NCBI GenBank assembly: GCA_021818465.1
Contig: JAKAEA010000001.1
Location: 375,712 to 439,711, forward strand
Source: a bacterium
Lineage (GTDB): Bacteria > Patescibacteriota > Minisyncoccia > Phycocordibacterales > JAKAEA01
DNA length: 64,000 nt
Direction: 5' to 3'
Program-made: the position numbers and the translations under genes
Part shown: positions 21,301 to 28,767 of the stretch, piece by piece
How positions within the stretch are numbered: position 1 is the stretch's first letter
How the letters are laid out: each line of letters opens with the position of its first letter
The notes under the pieces: model-generated
Told to the model about the DNA's origin: nothing
Seen by the model: only the letters and a program-made list of their open reading frames with translations
The model's database searches: none

Positions 21301-24074
21301 TGCGCACAGTGTTGCTCTTGTATCGATATTGTCAACATAAAAACGTGGCGATTGATCTCGTTATCCTTAATGAGTACCCGGCAGGTTACGTAAAGACTTT
21401 TGAAGATGATATTGGTTTACTCATTCGTCAACTAACGACACCAGATACTAATTCTGAACAAGGTTCCGTGTTCCATCTTAAAACTGTATTGATGGATACC
21501 GCTGATGTTACATTGATACGTGCACTGAGTCGTCTGTGGTTGGATAGTAATAAAGGCTCATTAGAAAAACAAATAAAAGAGCTCACCGCTCCCAACATAC
21601 ATCCTCTGCCTGCTAAGTTTAAAGCAACAAAAGCAGCTACATTTAAAAAAGAAGAACTTGCTCGACCGCGCAATCTTTTGTTTGCTAATAGTATTGGAGG
21701 TTTTGATGAGCATCGGGGGGAATATGTTATGTACCTCTCAAAAAATAGTCGTACACCAGTGCCTTGGGTTAATGTTATTGCCAACGAATATTTTGGTACA
21801 GTAGTCACGGAAAGTGGTGCCGCAACAACATGGTCGGATGATAGTTTTGATAATCGTTTAACACCCTGGCAAAACGATTCGCTGGTAGATCGCTCAGGTG
21901 AGTCATTATATCTGCGCGATGAAGAAACGGGTACGGTTTGGAGTCCAACACCTTCGCCAAGCAAAATAGGGAATCCGTATATTGTGCGTCATGGAACGGG
22001 GTATAGCGTGTTCGAATCTCTTTCGTTTGAAATTAAAACGAATCTTGTTGTGTTCGTGCCACGTCGCGATCGAATAAAAGTACACATACTCACGCTTACT
22101 AATACTGGTGAACGCGAGCGACGTGTCTCATTAACGACATACGTAGAACCAGTTCTCGGCACATTCAGAGAAAAAACTCGGGTACATGTTGCTGTGCGAC
22201 GAGATTCTGCATCGGGAGTTATGCTAGCTCAAAATAGATTTCGTCCTCAGTTTTTTGAACGGTGTATGTTTGTTGATAGTGGTCCAGATAGTGCGTACAC
22301 CTCAGATCGACGTGAATTTTTGGGCGCTCATGGACGTATTGACGCGCCAGTCGCGTTGCGGCGCGAAACATTATCCAATACGCTTGGCCACACTGATGCT
22401 TGCATTGCACTTTCTCGTACCGTGACAGTGGCCCCGGGCCAGTCGGTGGAGTTGGTGGTGACTATTGGCGAAGCTGCGGACACTGCACAAGCAATTGCCA
22501 TCGCACAACAGTATCGATCACTAGATGTATCCAAAGCTGCACTAACCGACGTGCAAGATTTTTGGAATTCTGAACTCAACGCTCTTACTTTTACAACACC
22601 TGATGCGGCGATTAATCTTTTGGCTAACCGTTGGCTTCTCTATCAAGCGCTCTCGTCCCGTATGTTTGCCAAAACTGGTTTTTATCAACCCTCCGGTGCT
22701 TTTGGTTTTCGCGATCAACTTCAAGATATGGCGGCATTTGTGTGGAGTAATCCAGCACGTTTTCGAGAGCATATTATAACTGCGGCGCGACACCAATTTC
22801 GTGAAGGTGACGCTCTTAATTGGTGGCATACGCATAATAATTTCGGTGTTCGCAGTACTATTGTCGATCACCACGCTTGGTTACCGTGGGCGGTGAGTTT
22901 GTATGTGATAGCCACCAATGATCGAACGATTTTGGATGAGCACGTTGCATTTTTAGAATCGCCCGTAGCCATTACTGCGATTAACAAACGATGGGCAGGC
23001 ATACCACAACAAACTTCAGAAACAGCTACCGTGTATGAACACTGCATTCGAGCAATTGAAAAAAGTCTTGTGTTTGGAGCGCACGGGTTACCGCTGATGG
23101 GCGGTGGCGACTGGAATGACGGTCTGAATCGTGTCGGTGATGGCGGTCGCGGGGAAAGTGTGTGGTTTGCGTGGTTCCTTATTCATATCTTGTCACACTT
23201 TATTCTTATTGCCGAACAAGTTGGTGACAGCGAAAAGGTTCAGCGGTACAAAACAATTACCAACGACCTTCACACAGCTATCGAAAAGCGTGCCTGGGAT
23301 GGCGCTTGGTACTACCGCGCTTTTCTTGATAGTGGTGCGCCACTCGGTTCTTCAACGAACCGTGAATTTAAAATAGATTCTATTGCTCAATCGTGGTCGG
23401 TTCTTTGTGGGTACGGCGATCGTGAGCGCAGCGTTAAAGCCCTCGCTTCTGTTAAAGAAAAATTGATGGCCGATGGCGATTCTATTCGTCTCATTGATCC
23501 ACCGTTGGATAAGATGACCATCGATGTTGGTTATTTAGCGGCCTATCCGCCAGGTGTACGAGAAAATGGTGCTCAATATAATCATGCCGCGCTTTGGGCT
23601 ATTCAAGCGTTTGCGCTTTTAGGTGACGCAGACGCAGTAGAGGAAGGTTTGCGTCGTATTAATCCAATCATCCGTTCTGATTCTAAAGAAAAAGTAATGA
23701 CCTATCGTGTGGAACCGTATGTTATCGCTTCCGATATTTACACTGCACCATCGTATCCTGGTCGGGGTGGTTGGACATGGTATACCGGTTCAGCGGGTGT
23801 TTTGTATCGCACACTCGTTGAATATATTTATGGAATGCGAAAAACGGGCAACACGCTTTCGTTTCGACCATCATTACCACGCTCGTGGAATGAGTGCAGT
23901 CTTGTGTATCGCTATGGACAAGCGATCTATAAAATCACTATACATCGTGACCCGCATGCCACGGAAAAAATTTCCATCACTCTTGATGGGCAAAAAATGT
24001 CTGGAGACAGTGTACTATTGTCTGATGAGCGGGGAGAACGAAATATTGACGTTTTGGTGTCTAATGTGCTATAA
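15333..24074 (+). CDS. Cyclic beta-1,2-glucan synthase-like giant protein (NdvB/Cgs/ChvB family; GT2/GT84 processive glycosyltransferase plus C-terminal GH94-like phosphorylase domain), 2913 aa
   Basis: A single 8.7 kb ORF. TM helices at about aa 395-470 and 790-960. GT2 motifs DxD (TLDEDTELP) and Q(R/Q)xRW (LRQRRWIRGDWQ). The C-terminal region carries the GH94 catalytic signature GGGDWNDGLNRVG. The length and order match Brucella/Rhizobium Cgs/NdvB. Confidence 0.8.
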   Translation: MKSSSEARFTDRKLTLLAATLARKNLLSRTESSSRQFFHTLKKEIDATLTAYAELVADVNASRYVSREVEWLMDNFYVVESAAEDVTRSLKSEDIQKLPSLLTKAGTTVPHVYDVVFELLRGTDNTVTTENVSVFFNRYQREYPLSIREANAIPLMLKLVLVLNIRDLITSSLVLVREYSEAEEILKKIDTTTKKSLAQISYVEVVSMLTTHYKTLSSGLGVYLIEQLSQSGSHMRPVIRWLKLHLLQQGVSIERLREIDNEQRDKRILAAANIVEGLRWVSQIRWDDFLEKINPVDAILTRDPAQQFAIMDSRSKSAYYQRIVQLADGSGVADVAIARLAVRLARAHADGEPRAPEAHVGYYLVDDGASQLEEMIHYRPPFSERVHRWILRYPTQCYFSLIAAITAIVGYPLFLWFTTQPIPEIIRLFVVLATLLLSIDIALSVLHAFLVGTLPVRRLFSLDTLATGLTPEQATCVVVPSMMRNVAALDVLFSRFESNFVGNQSTNIFFILLLDFPDAPQEIMPDDGKLLEEVRRRIQALNEKYPTKIPTFYALCRKRMWNQREGVFMGWERKRGKLREFNKLIRGATNTSYVNTEVLSLPRITYAITLDEDTELPREGAHRLIGCIDHVLNRPQLTTNRMVTRGYGIIQPRASMRMHVANQTFFSRLFSTASGIDSYAGPSADLYQDLFGAGIFYGKGIYDIDVVETTMDDAIPENTVLSHDLLEGLYTRVGFASHIQVFEGFPARFSEYSLRQRRWIRGDWQIISWLWNRSVHFSFIDRWKIFDNLRRSVQPIVAVGLLLLTAFYMPHAVVAVSVAIIATFFLGSSIGIIYSLVPRMRLGIIKSILAQLFRGLLSEVVRTVVRGTLLFYEALALLQEIVLTIFRMCISHRHLLQWRTAHEVAQKYKGTIIEYIRLMGVASVLVLAIGWFVVVVHPASDTFTFLFWIGMWCCAPFFMFLLGLVAVEKEFSARQKRFLRTMAYRSLRYFIDFATEKNNYLIPDHYQVDIPYSGFAPGTMTSITNIGMMLASFYSGHRLGFISQRELLERLRRSCDTLSTLERYKGHFYNWYHIHHRQAAMPKYISSVDSANFLFVLTALIQGLRAMPQTPVVHDGAQEGLEDMLNTIKEDALSVIRSGPPKDIIKFIRAVYDGTHRALLDVRKLSTATPSLYAHMLREMELRMNHLWEFIENARAQSDHPNVVYLYASIQSVRQHIITSRAEADTLLSFHILASAREARGTSAHGGGLGVFYQKIATLANTMPTLAALADGYYSKALQMLDVETCLSQAAISSQDQASIKTWFTNLRTRSAQAETAAQAVLEEVRSVRVLCEQWTNETDFTFLYNTERGLFHIGYNVTTDTIDNAYYDFLASESNAVSFWAVSRGTARLEQWFRLSRQLISHEGVDTALASWGGSLFEYLTSLLFLNVAPTSILNEAARRAIHSQRAYARQKHVPWGMGESAFAIRHPNGDYQYQIFGDPGLGLKRGLGERLVVAPYTTALSLSYTGVAGIRNLKKLITEGCWGIYGFFDAIDYTESAGVFFKKRGVPVKIYYAHHLGFTIAAITNVLTNDVLKELFHRDPHMHSVDVILDEQYPVAVPLPHAHDQLASERQWKLLHRPTKGVVEYVPIVSDHSYRYAVLSNGTYTLTINNSGGGWSSYRDTLLTRQSLDPLESRCGNFIYLRDVKSGAVWSTTYVPTFSKGARARTMFSDDKVEFHQLQNTIQSTVVISVATDEPVEMRTVTLTNVGTTPRTLDVTSYGEVVLAKSEEYLQHPSFQKMFVSSAFHSNVAAIVFSKRSSNDAKSTISLFHSVVSHYRDRTNAVASLAREDFLGRHGSLIAPPGSTPSFTPVEHPEHTLDPIFSLSKRVTLGAGQSVSLSFITGVAATNEAALRLATKYQKIRIPFRYAELFHRPARTIDALGSIGVTPYHLELFQRLLSGIISFEFCQYLPEQLFSGASYMRTLWKYGISGDRPLVVVRISNAGDIPFVRTVLLLYRYCQHKNVAIDLVILNEYPAGYVKTFEDDIGLLIRQLTTPDTNSEQGSVFHLKTVLMDTADVTLIRALSRLWLDSNKGSLEKQIKELTAPNIHPLPAKFKATKAATFKKEELARPRNLLFANSIGGFDEHRGEYVMYLSKNSRTPVPWVNVIANEYFGTVVTESGAATTWSDDSFDNRLTPWQNDSLVDRSGESLYLRDEETGTVWSPTPSPSKIGNPYIVRHGTGYSVFESLSFEIKTNLVVFVPRRDRIKVHILTLTNTGERERRVSLTTYVEPVLGTFREKTRVHVAVRRDSASGVMLAQNRFRPQFFERCMFVDSGPDSAYTSDRREFLGAHGRIDAPVALRRETLSNTLGHTDACIALSRTVTVAPGQSVELVVTIGEAADTAQAIAIAQQYRSLDVSKAALTDVQDFWNSELNALTFTTPDAAINLLANRWLLYQALSSRMFAKTGFYQPSGAFGFRDQLQDMAAFVWSNPARFREHIITAARHQFREGDALNWWHTHNNFGVRSTIVDHHAWLPWAVSLYVIATNDRTILDEHVAFLESPVAITAINKRWAGIPQQTSETATVYEHCIRAIEKSLVFGAHGLPLMGGGDWNDGLNRVGDGGRGESVWFAWFLIHILSHFILIAEQVGDSEKVQRYKTITNDLHTAIEKRAWDGAWYYRAFLDSGAPLGSSTNREFKIDSIAQSWSVLCGYGDRERSVKALASVKEKLMADGDSIRLIDPPLDKMTIDVGYLAAYPPGVRENGAQYNHAALWAIQAFALLGDADAVEEGLRRINPIIRSDSKEKVMTYRVEPYVIASDIYTAPSYPGRGGWTWYTGSAGVLYRTLVEYIYGMRKTGNTLSFRPSLPRSWNECSLVYRYGQAIYKITIHRDPHATEKISITLDGQKMSGDSVLLSDERGERNIDVLVSNVL

Positions 24075-24075
24075 T
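24046..24075 (+). promoter_or_regulatory. Near-consensus sigma70 promoter for the Tyr-rich mini-protein gene
   Basis: TTGACG, an 18 nt spacer, then TATAAT. The -10 box overlaps the giant gene's stop codon. A strong SD (AAAGGAGGTG) lies 5 nt before ATG 24123. Confidence 0.5.
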
Positions 24076-24122
24076 GCGAAAAGAGTGTTCGAGACACATT
24101 TTTTACAGAAAGGAGGTGTCTT

Positions 24123-24449
24123 ATGAAGAACACGCTTTGGGGAATTGTTTTGGCTGCGGTACTCATTCTTTTTTTGATGCCGTCGGCCCCGGCTCGCGCT
24201 GATATCCGCGTCAATGTTCTTGGAGGACTGGTGCGGGTGTATGTTTATGGTGGGTATGGGTATTCTTGCCCGTCATACTATCAACCGTATTATCAGTCAT
24301 ATTGTCCGCAGCAGTACTATCAGCCAGCGTACTGCGCACCTCAACAATACTGTTACCCGCAACAGTATTATGCACCACGCTATTATTCGTCGCCGTGTTA
24401 CCGGGGCGGATGGCGTGGGGGGTTCCATCGAGGCGGATGGCATCGCTAG
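24123..24449 (+). CDS. Secreted Tyr/Gln/Pro/Cys-rich low-complexity mini-protein (signal peptide plus about 82 aa mature region)
   Basis: Signal peptide MKNTLWGIVLAAVLILFLMPSAPARA. The mature part has about 19 Tyr and 5 Cys in YYQP/QQYY repeats and a GGWRGGFHRGGWHR tail. It has its own promoter and SD. A GC-rich hairpin plus T-run follows at about 24480-24512. Confidence 0.55.
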   Translation: MKNTLWGIVLAAVLILFLMPSAPARADIRVNVLGGLVRVYVYGGYGYSCPSYYQPYYQSYCPQQYYQPAYCAPQQYCYPQQYYAPRYYSSPCYRGGWRGGFHRGGWHR

Positions 24450-24570
24450 TCCTTCCTTGGCCAGTTCCACACTGGCTGCGCGCTCCCTGCCCCCGGGGCG
24501 CGTTTTTTATTATCAAAAAAAGACGAGCACCAAAAGTATTGTTATAATCGTATAGATGTGAAAGTTTGGG

Positions 24571-25230
24571 GTGCGTCAGTTTGTCATACTTATTATGAAG
24601 TTTTTGGGCACCAATAAAAAAGTCTCCCTGGAAAATACAGGGAATTTTGATACATCTTCACAAACTTCTCTGAGTGACATTGATTTAATTGAACGTTATT
24701 GTGATGGCGATGAACAAGCATTCACGATATTAGTTACACGGCATGCTGCTGTTGTATATAGTTTTGTTGTTCGATATGTTGGTAGTGGAGCTGAGGCGGA
24801 AGATATTGTACAAGATGTGTTTGTGAAGACGTGGAAAAATTTAAAACGTTTTGATACAAAACGAAATTTTCGTACCTGGATTTTTACTATTGCAAAAAAT
24901 ACTGCACTCGATTGGTTAAAAAAGAAAAAACCAACTGCGTTTTCAGAACTACATACCAGTGATGAGAAGGCGCCTGCATTTGAAGAAACTTTAGCGACCG
25001 ATGAGCCATTACAAAGCGATGTGCTTGAACAGCGGCAAACGCACGAAGCTTTATCTGCGGCGCTGGCAACACTGTCAGCAGAATATCGTGCCGTTGTGCT
25101 CTTGCGGTTAGATAATCAGTTCACATTTCGAGAGATTGCTGAAGCACTCAACAAACCATTAAATACTGTAAAGAGCCACTATCGGCGGGCAGTTAATGTA
25201 CTCAGTACTAAACTTGGTCGCACCAAATAA
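24571..25230 (+). CDS. ECF (group 4) sigma factor
   Basis: Region 2 (IVQDVFVKTWKNLKRFDTKRNFRTWIFTIAKNTALDWL) and region 4 (EYRAVVLLRLDNQFTFREIAEALNKPLNTVKSHYRRA). Confidence 0.8.
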   Translation: MRQFVILIMKFLGTNKKVSLENTGNFDTSSQTSLSDIDLIERYCDGDEQAFTILVTRHAAVVYSFVVRYVGSGAEAEDIVQDVFVKTWKNLKRFDTKRNFRTWIFTIAKNTALDWLKKKKPTAFSELHTSDEKAPAFEETLATDEPLQSDVLEQRQTHEALSAALATLSAEYRAVVLLRLDNQFTFREIAEALNKPLNTVKSHYRRAVNVLSTKLGRTK

Positions 25231-25254
25231 ATACATACGTTCGTACAAATAGGT

Positions 25255-25662
25255 ATGCATCAAACGATTTCCACATCAAATATAAAACGCCTTACGCCAC
25301 CAATTGATTTAGTACGTCGTATTTTACAACGTATAGAAATTGAAAAATTGCGTCAAAAAGTTCGTCGTTCGTTGGTTGCGTGGATTTCAATAACGTGTCT
25401 ATCCGTCGCCGGTCTTGTTGTGACCGGTATATTCTTTTTTCAAGAAGCGGCCACTTCTGGTTTCAGTGCATATATAAGTCAAATGTGGGCCTTACTACGT
25501 ACCAATCCCGGTCTTGTGATAGAACACTGGCAAGATATTTTAACATCTGTCAGTGAAGCATTACCGGTTGTTGGTTTGGTAGGTGTTGCGATAACTATAG
25601 GACTTGCACTCTGGTCGGCTGATAAAGTCATTGGTTTTGGAAGAAAATGGAGAGCGGTATAG
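25255..25662 (+). CDS. Putative membrane-anchored anti-sigma factor (assigned by position only)
   Basis: Lies immediately downstream of the ECF sigma gene. Cytoplasmic N-terminus, two TM helices. No zinc-binding anti-sigma motif is seen. Confidence 0.3.
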   Translation: MHQTISTSNIKRLTPPIDLVRRILQRIEIEKLRQKVRRSLVAWISITCLSVAGLVVTGIFFFQEAATSGFSAYISQMWALLRTNPGLVIEHWQDILTSVSEALPVVGLVGVAITIGLALWSADKVIGFGRKWRAV

Positions 25663-25683
25663 CAATTTCAGTCTCATATTTTT

Positions 25684-26178
25684 ATGCACGCTTCAAAAAC
25701 TGTGATATGGATTGTCGGTAGCATTATCGGTCTCATCGTTGTGTTACTCGCTTTTCGTACTGGTATGGTTATTGGATATCGCCAAGCTGAGTATTCAGCG
25801 GCATGGCAACACTTTCGTGCTAGTCACGCAAATACGCCTTTTGGTCGTGGTGGACTTTTACAAGCATTTACCAATCCCAATGATTTTATAAATGATCATG
25901 GTGCTATCGGTACTATTGTATCCATAGCTACCACCACCGCTACAGGTACAAGTATTATTGTTCACGATATTCACGATGCCGTAAATAAAACTATATACGT
26001 TTTTTCTACAACAACCGTACTCGGCACACGAGCGATGGCGCGAAACTATCCTGTTTCTGCATCAATGTTTCAAGTTGGTGAGGGTATAGCAGTGATAGGT
26101 ACACCAGGCAGCCAAGGACAAATAGTAGCCAGTATCATCCATCTTGTACCTGCTTCGTCGCTCGGGTTACTACAATAA
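25684..26178 (+). CDS. Membrane-anchored extracytoplasmic protein, unknown function
   Basis: An N-terminal TM (VIWIVGSIIGLIVVLLAF) and a Thr-rich beta-type domain. Confidence 0.3.
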   Translation: MHASKTVIWIVGSIIGLIVVLLAFRTGMVIGYRQAEYSAAWQHFRASHANTPFGRGGLLQAFTNPNDFINDHGAIGTIVSIATTTATGTSIIVHDIHDAVNKTIYVFSTTTVLGTRAMARNYPVSASMFQVGEGIAVIGTPGSQGQIVASIIHLVPASSLGLLQ

Positions 26179-26210
26179 AAGTATAAAAATTATTTTTTAA
26201 TCGTTGTACC

Positions 26211-28022
26211 ATGAACATTTTTACTACAATCGGTGTCTATATAAAAGCGCATAAAATAATTTCAACCTGTATCGCCATCGCGGTGCTGATTGAAGTAATT
26301 GCTATCGCGCGTGGCGCAGGAAATCCAATCATACCAACGTACGTTCTTGCCGCTGCCGAACGGGGTACTATTTCCCAAACGGTAAGTGGTACAGGTCAAG
26401 TAGAAGGCCAAAGTCAGGTAAATATTACACCGCAAGGTTCAGGTGGGCAGGTGGTGGCTATTAATGTCACACCCGGACAGATGGTGTCACAAGGCCAAAC
26501 ACTCATAACGCTTGATGATCAAACAGCTCGCGCATCGCTCACCCAAGCACAAGCAAATGTGGCCAGTGCTCAAGCTAATTATGATAAAGTTATTGAAGGA
26601 CTTACCCCAGCGCAAATTGCCGCCGATCAAGCAACAGTAACAAACGCAAGCCAGTCTCTTGTAGCCGAGCTCATTAGTGCATACACGCAAACGAATAATC
26701 TTTTACGCACCAATATCGACACACTGTTTACTAGTCCTACTACCGATCCAGCATTCGGTTTAAGTTTTCTTGATAGTAACGGTAATTTAGTCACGTTTAC
26801 TTCGACTGACCCAGTGTTGATAGCAAAAATTAATGGTGAGCGTGTACGAATTAATAGTTTGATGCCAGTGTGGCAAAATGATGTCAATTCACTTTCGTTA
26901 CAAGTAAGTACCTCATCAAGCAATTTGGCCCCGCATGTTGCATTGGCTCTTAGTGATTTGCAATTCATTGCTAATTTTTTAGATGATGTGTCGAATGCTG
27001 TCTATGGTATTTCAGCGCAGTACACGAAATATTCCAGCAATATTAGTTCTTATAAATCCACCGTTGCTTCAGCCTTGCAAACGATTGATTCGCAAATTTC
27101 TGGAGTAACGAGTAGTAACCAAGCACTTGTCTCTGCTCAGGCGAATTATAACGTTGACACCGCACCGCCAACTAATGCCGATATTCAAAGTGCACAAGCG
27201 TCACTTATAAGTGCTCAAGCAAGTTTACAGTCGGCGCAAACTACATATAACAATACACGCATTACCGCACCATTTTCTGGTCAGGTTGGTAATATTGGCG
27301 TACAAGTAGGTGATGTTGTGAGTGGATCTACTGAGGTTGCAACAATCGTGACAACGCAAAAGATCGCTGACATTTCACTCAATGAAGTTGATGCTGCTTC
27401 TGTGCATGTTGGCGATAAAGCAATACTTACTTTTAATGCTGTACCGAATGTAAGCGTGCCAGCCTATGTTTCAGAAATGTCGCTTGTGGGTACCGTCAGC
27501 TCGGGAGTCGTTGATTATGACGTAAAATTAGCACTAGCCACCAGTACAAATGGTTTCGGTTCTATCTTACAAGGTGTTGGTCAAGGTAGAAAAACGACAC
27601 TTTCTTCAACAACGATTGCAACATTTGAACAAAACGCTCAAAAAAAATTGACGCAAGCTTTAACGGAAATTAAACCAGGTATGAGTGTGACGGCTACCAT
27701 TACCACGAAAACGAGTGCGAACACTATCATTGTTCCGAGTTCAGCTCTCAAGAGTAATCCCGGTGGTCGAGGTGTGTATGTAGAGACATTGCCTGGAGTA
27801 ACAACAGCAGGTACGATTTCGAGTACTGCAGTGCCTCAGGCCATACAAATCACCACAGGTATTACTAGTGGGACAGAAACAGAAGTGACATCCGGTCTTA
27901 ATCAGGGTGATCTTATAATTATTGGCGGTGCCGGTGGGAGTAGTGTAGCTTCGGGCGTTGCTGCCGCAACGGTACAACGCGGTGGCTTTGGCGGCGGCGG
28001 GCGTATGTTTTTCGGTGGTTAA
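26211..28022 (+). CDS. HlyD/MacA-family periplasmic adaptor (membrane fusion protein) with extended coiled-coil and Gly-rich tail
   Basis: An N-terminal TM, lipoyl-like halves (QTVSGTGQVEG..VNITPQG and ITAPFSGQVGNIGVQVGDVVSG) and a long A/Q-rich coiled coil. Confidence 0.75.
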   Translation: MNIFTTIGVYIKAHKIISTCIAIAVLIEVIAIARGAGNPIIPTYVLAAAERGTISQTVSGTGQVEGQSQVNITPQGSGGQVVAINVTPGQMVSQGQTLITLDDQTARASLTQAQANVASAQANYDKVIEGLTPAQIAADQATVTNASQSLVAELISAYTQTNNLLRTNIDTLFTSPTTDPAFGLSFLDSNGNLVTFTSTDPVLIAKINGERVRINSLMPVWQNDVNSLSLQVSTSSSNLAPHVALALSDLQFIANFLDDVSNAVYGISAQYTKYSSNISSYKSTVASALQTIDSQISGVTSSNQALVSAQANYNVDTAPPTNADIQSAQASLISAQASLQSAQTTYNNTRITAPFSGQVGNIGVQVGDVVSGSTEVATIVTTQKIADISLNEVDAASVHVGDKAILTFNAVPNVSVPAYVSEMSLVGTVSSGVVDYDVKLALATSTNGFGSILQGVGQGRKTTLSSTTIATFEQNAQKKLTQALTEIKPGMSVTATITTKTSANTIIVPSSALKSNPGGRGVYVETLPGVTTAGTISSTAVPQAIQITTGITSGTETEVTSGLNQGDLIIIGGAGGSSVASGVAAATVQRGGFGGGGRMFFGG

Positions 28023-28041
28023 TACGTGTGGTGTGATTGTT

Positions 28042-28767
28042 ATGATTGAATGTAGAAATATTGTTAAAACGTATCGTAATGGTGATAATGAAACCAAAGC
28101 TTTGCGTGATGTATCATTTACGATTGCCGATGGTGAATTCGTTGCTATTATGGGACCATCCGGTTCTGGTAAATCAACCCTCATGCACATTCTTGGTTGT
28201 TTAGATACGCCAACATCGGGCACCTATATTCTTGATAATCACGACGTGTCGAGAATGTCAGATGATGAGTTAGCAGATATTCGTTCTAAAAAAATTGGTT
28301 TTGTTTTTCAATCTTTTAATTTATTACCGCGCGCTACCGTGATGCGCAACGTTGTATTGCCACTTATGTATAGTCCCACCGTGACTGACGATGAACGGAA
28401 TAAGCGTGCAGCTGATGCGCTTTTATCAGCGGGACTTGCCCAAGATCGTTGGCAACATTTTTCCAATCAACTTTCTGGTGGGCAAATTCAACGTGTGGCT
28501 ATTGCTCGAGCGCTTGTTAATAATCCCGCACTCATTATGGCTGACGAACCAACTGGCAACTTAGATACTCGTACTGGCGAAATTGTTATGGGAACGTTTC
28601 AACGTCTTAATGAAAAAGAACACCGTACTATTGTGCTTATTACACATGAATTAGACATAGCTGCTCACGCCGATCGCATCATTCATATCCGCGACGGTGT
28701 GATAGTAGACGACAGTATTAACCATCGTAAAAAAGTCGTTGATCAATCATTGTCGCACCATATATGA
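28042..28767 (+). CDS. MacB/LolD-type ABC transporter ATP-binding protein
   Basis: Walker A GPSGSGKST, the ABC signature LSGGQIQRVAIARAL and Walker B IMADEPTGNLD. I placed the start at ATG 28042, 20 nt past the upstream stop. Confidence 0.85.
   Translation: MIECRNIVKTYRNGDNETKALRDVSFTIADGEFVAIMGPSGSGKSTLMHILGCLDTPTSGTYILDNHDVSRMSDDELADIRSKKIGFVFQSFNLLPRATVMRNVVLPLMYSPTVTDDERNKRAADALLSAGLAQDRWQHFSNQLSGGQIQRVAIARALVNNPALIMADEPTGNLDTRTGEIVMGTFQRLNEKEHRTIVLITHELDIAAHADRIIHIRDGVIVDDSINHRKKVVDQSLSHHI

Noticed and set aside
15333-24074. Numerous minus-strand and alternate-frame ORFs inside the giant gene (16562-16864, 21428-21964, 22542-22874, 23707-24126 and others).
   Set aside because: They are fully nested in a continuous 2913-codon ORF that carries conserved GT2 and GH94 motifs. 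They show no motifs of their own, so they are frame-shadow ORFs.
24211-24555. Three mutually overlapping ORFs in different frames and strands over the Tyr-rich peptide gene.
   Set aside because: They are artefacts of biased composition. Only the frame starting at 24123 has a promoter, an SD and a signal peptide.
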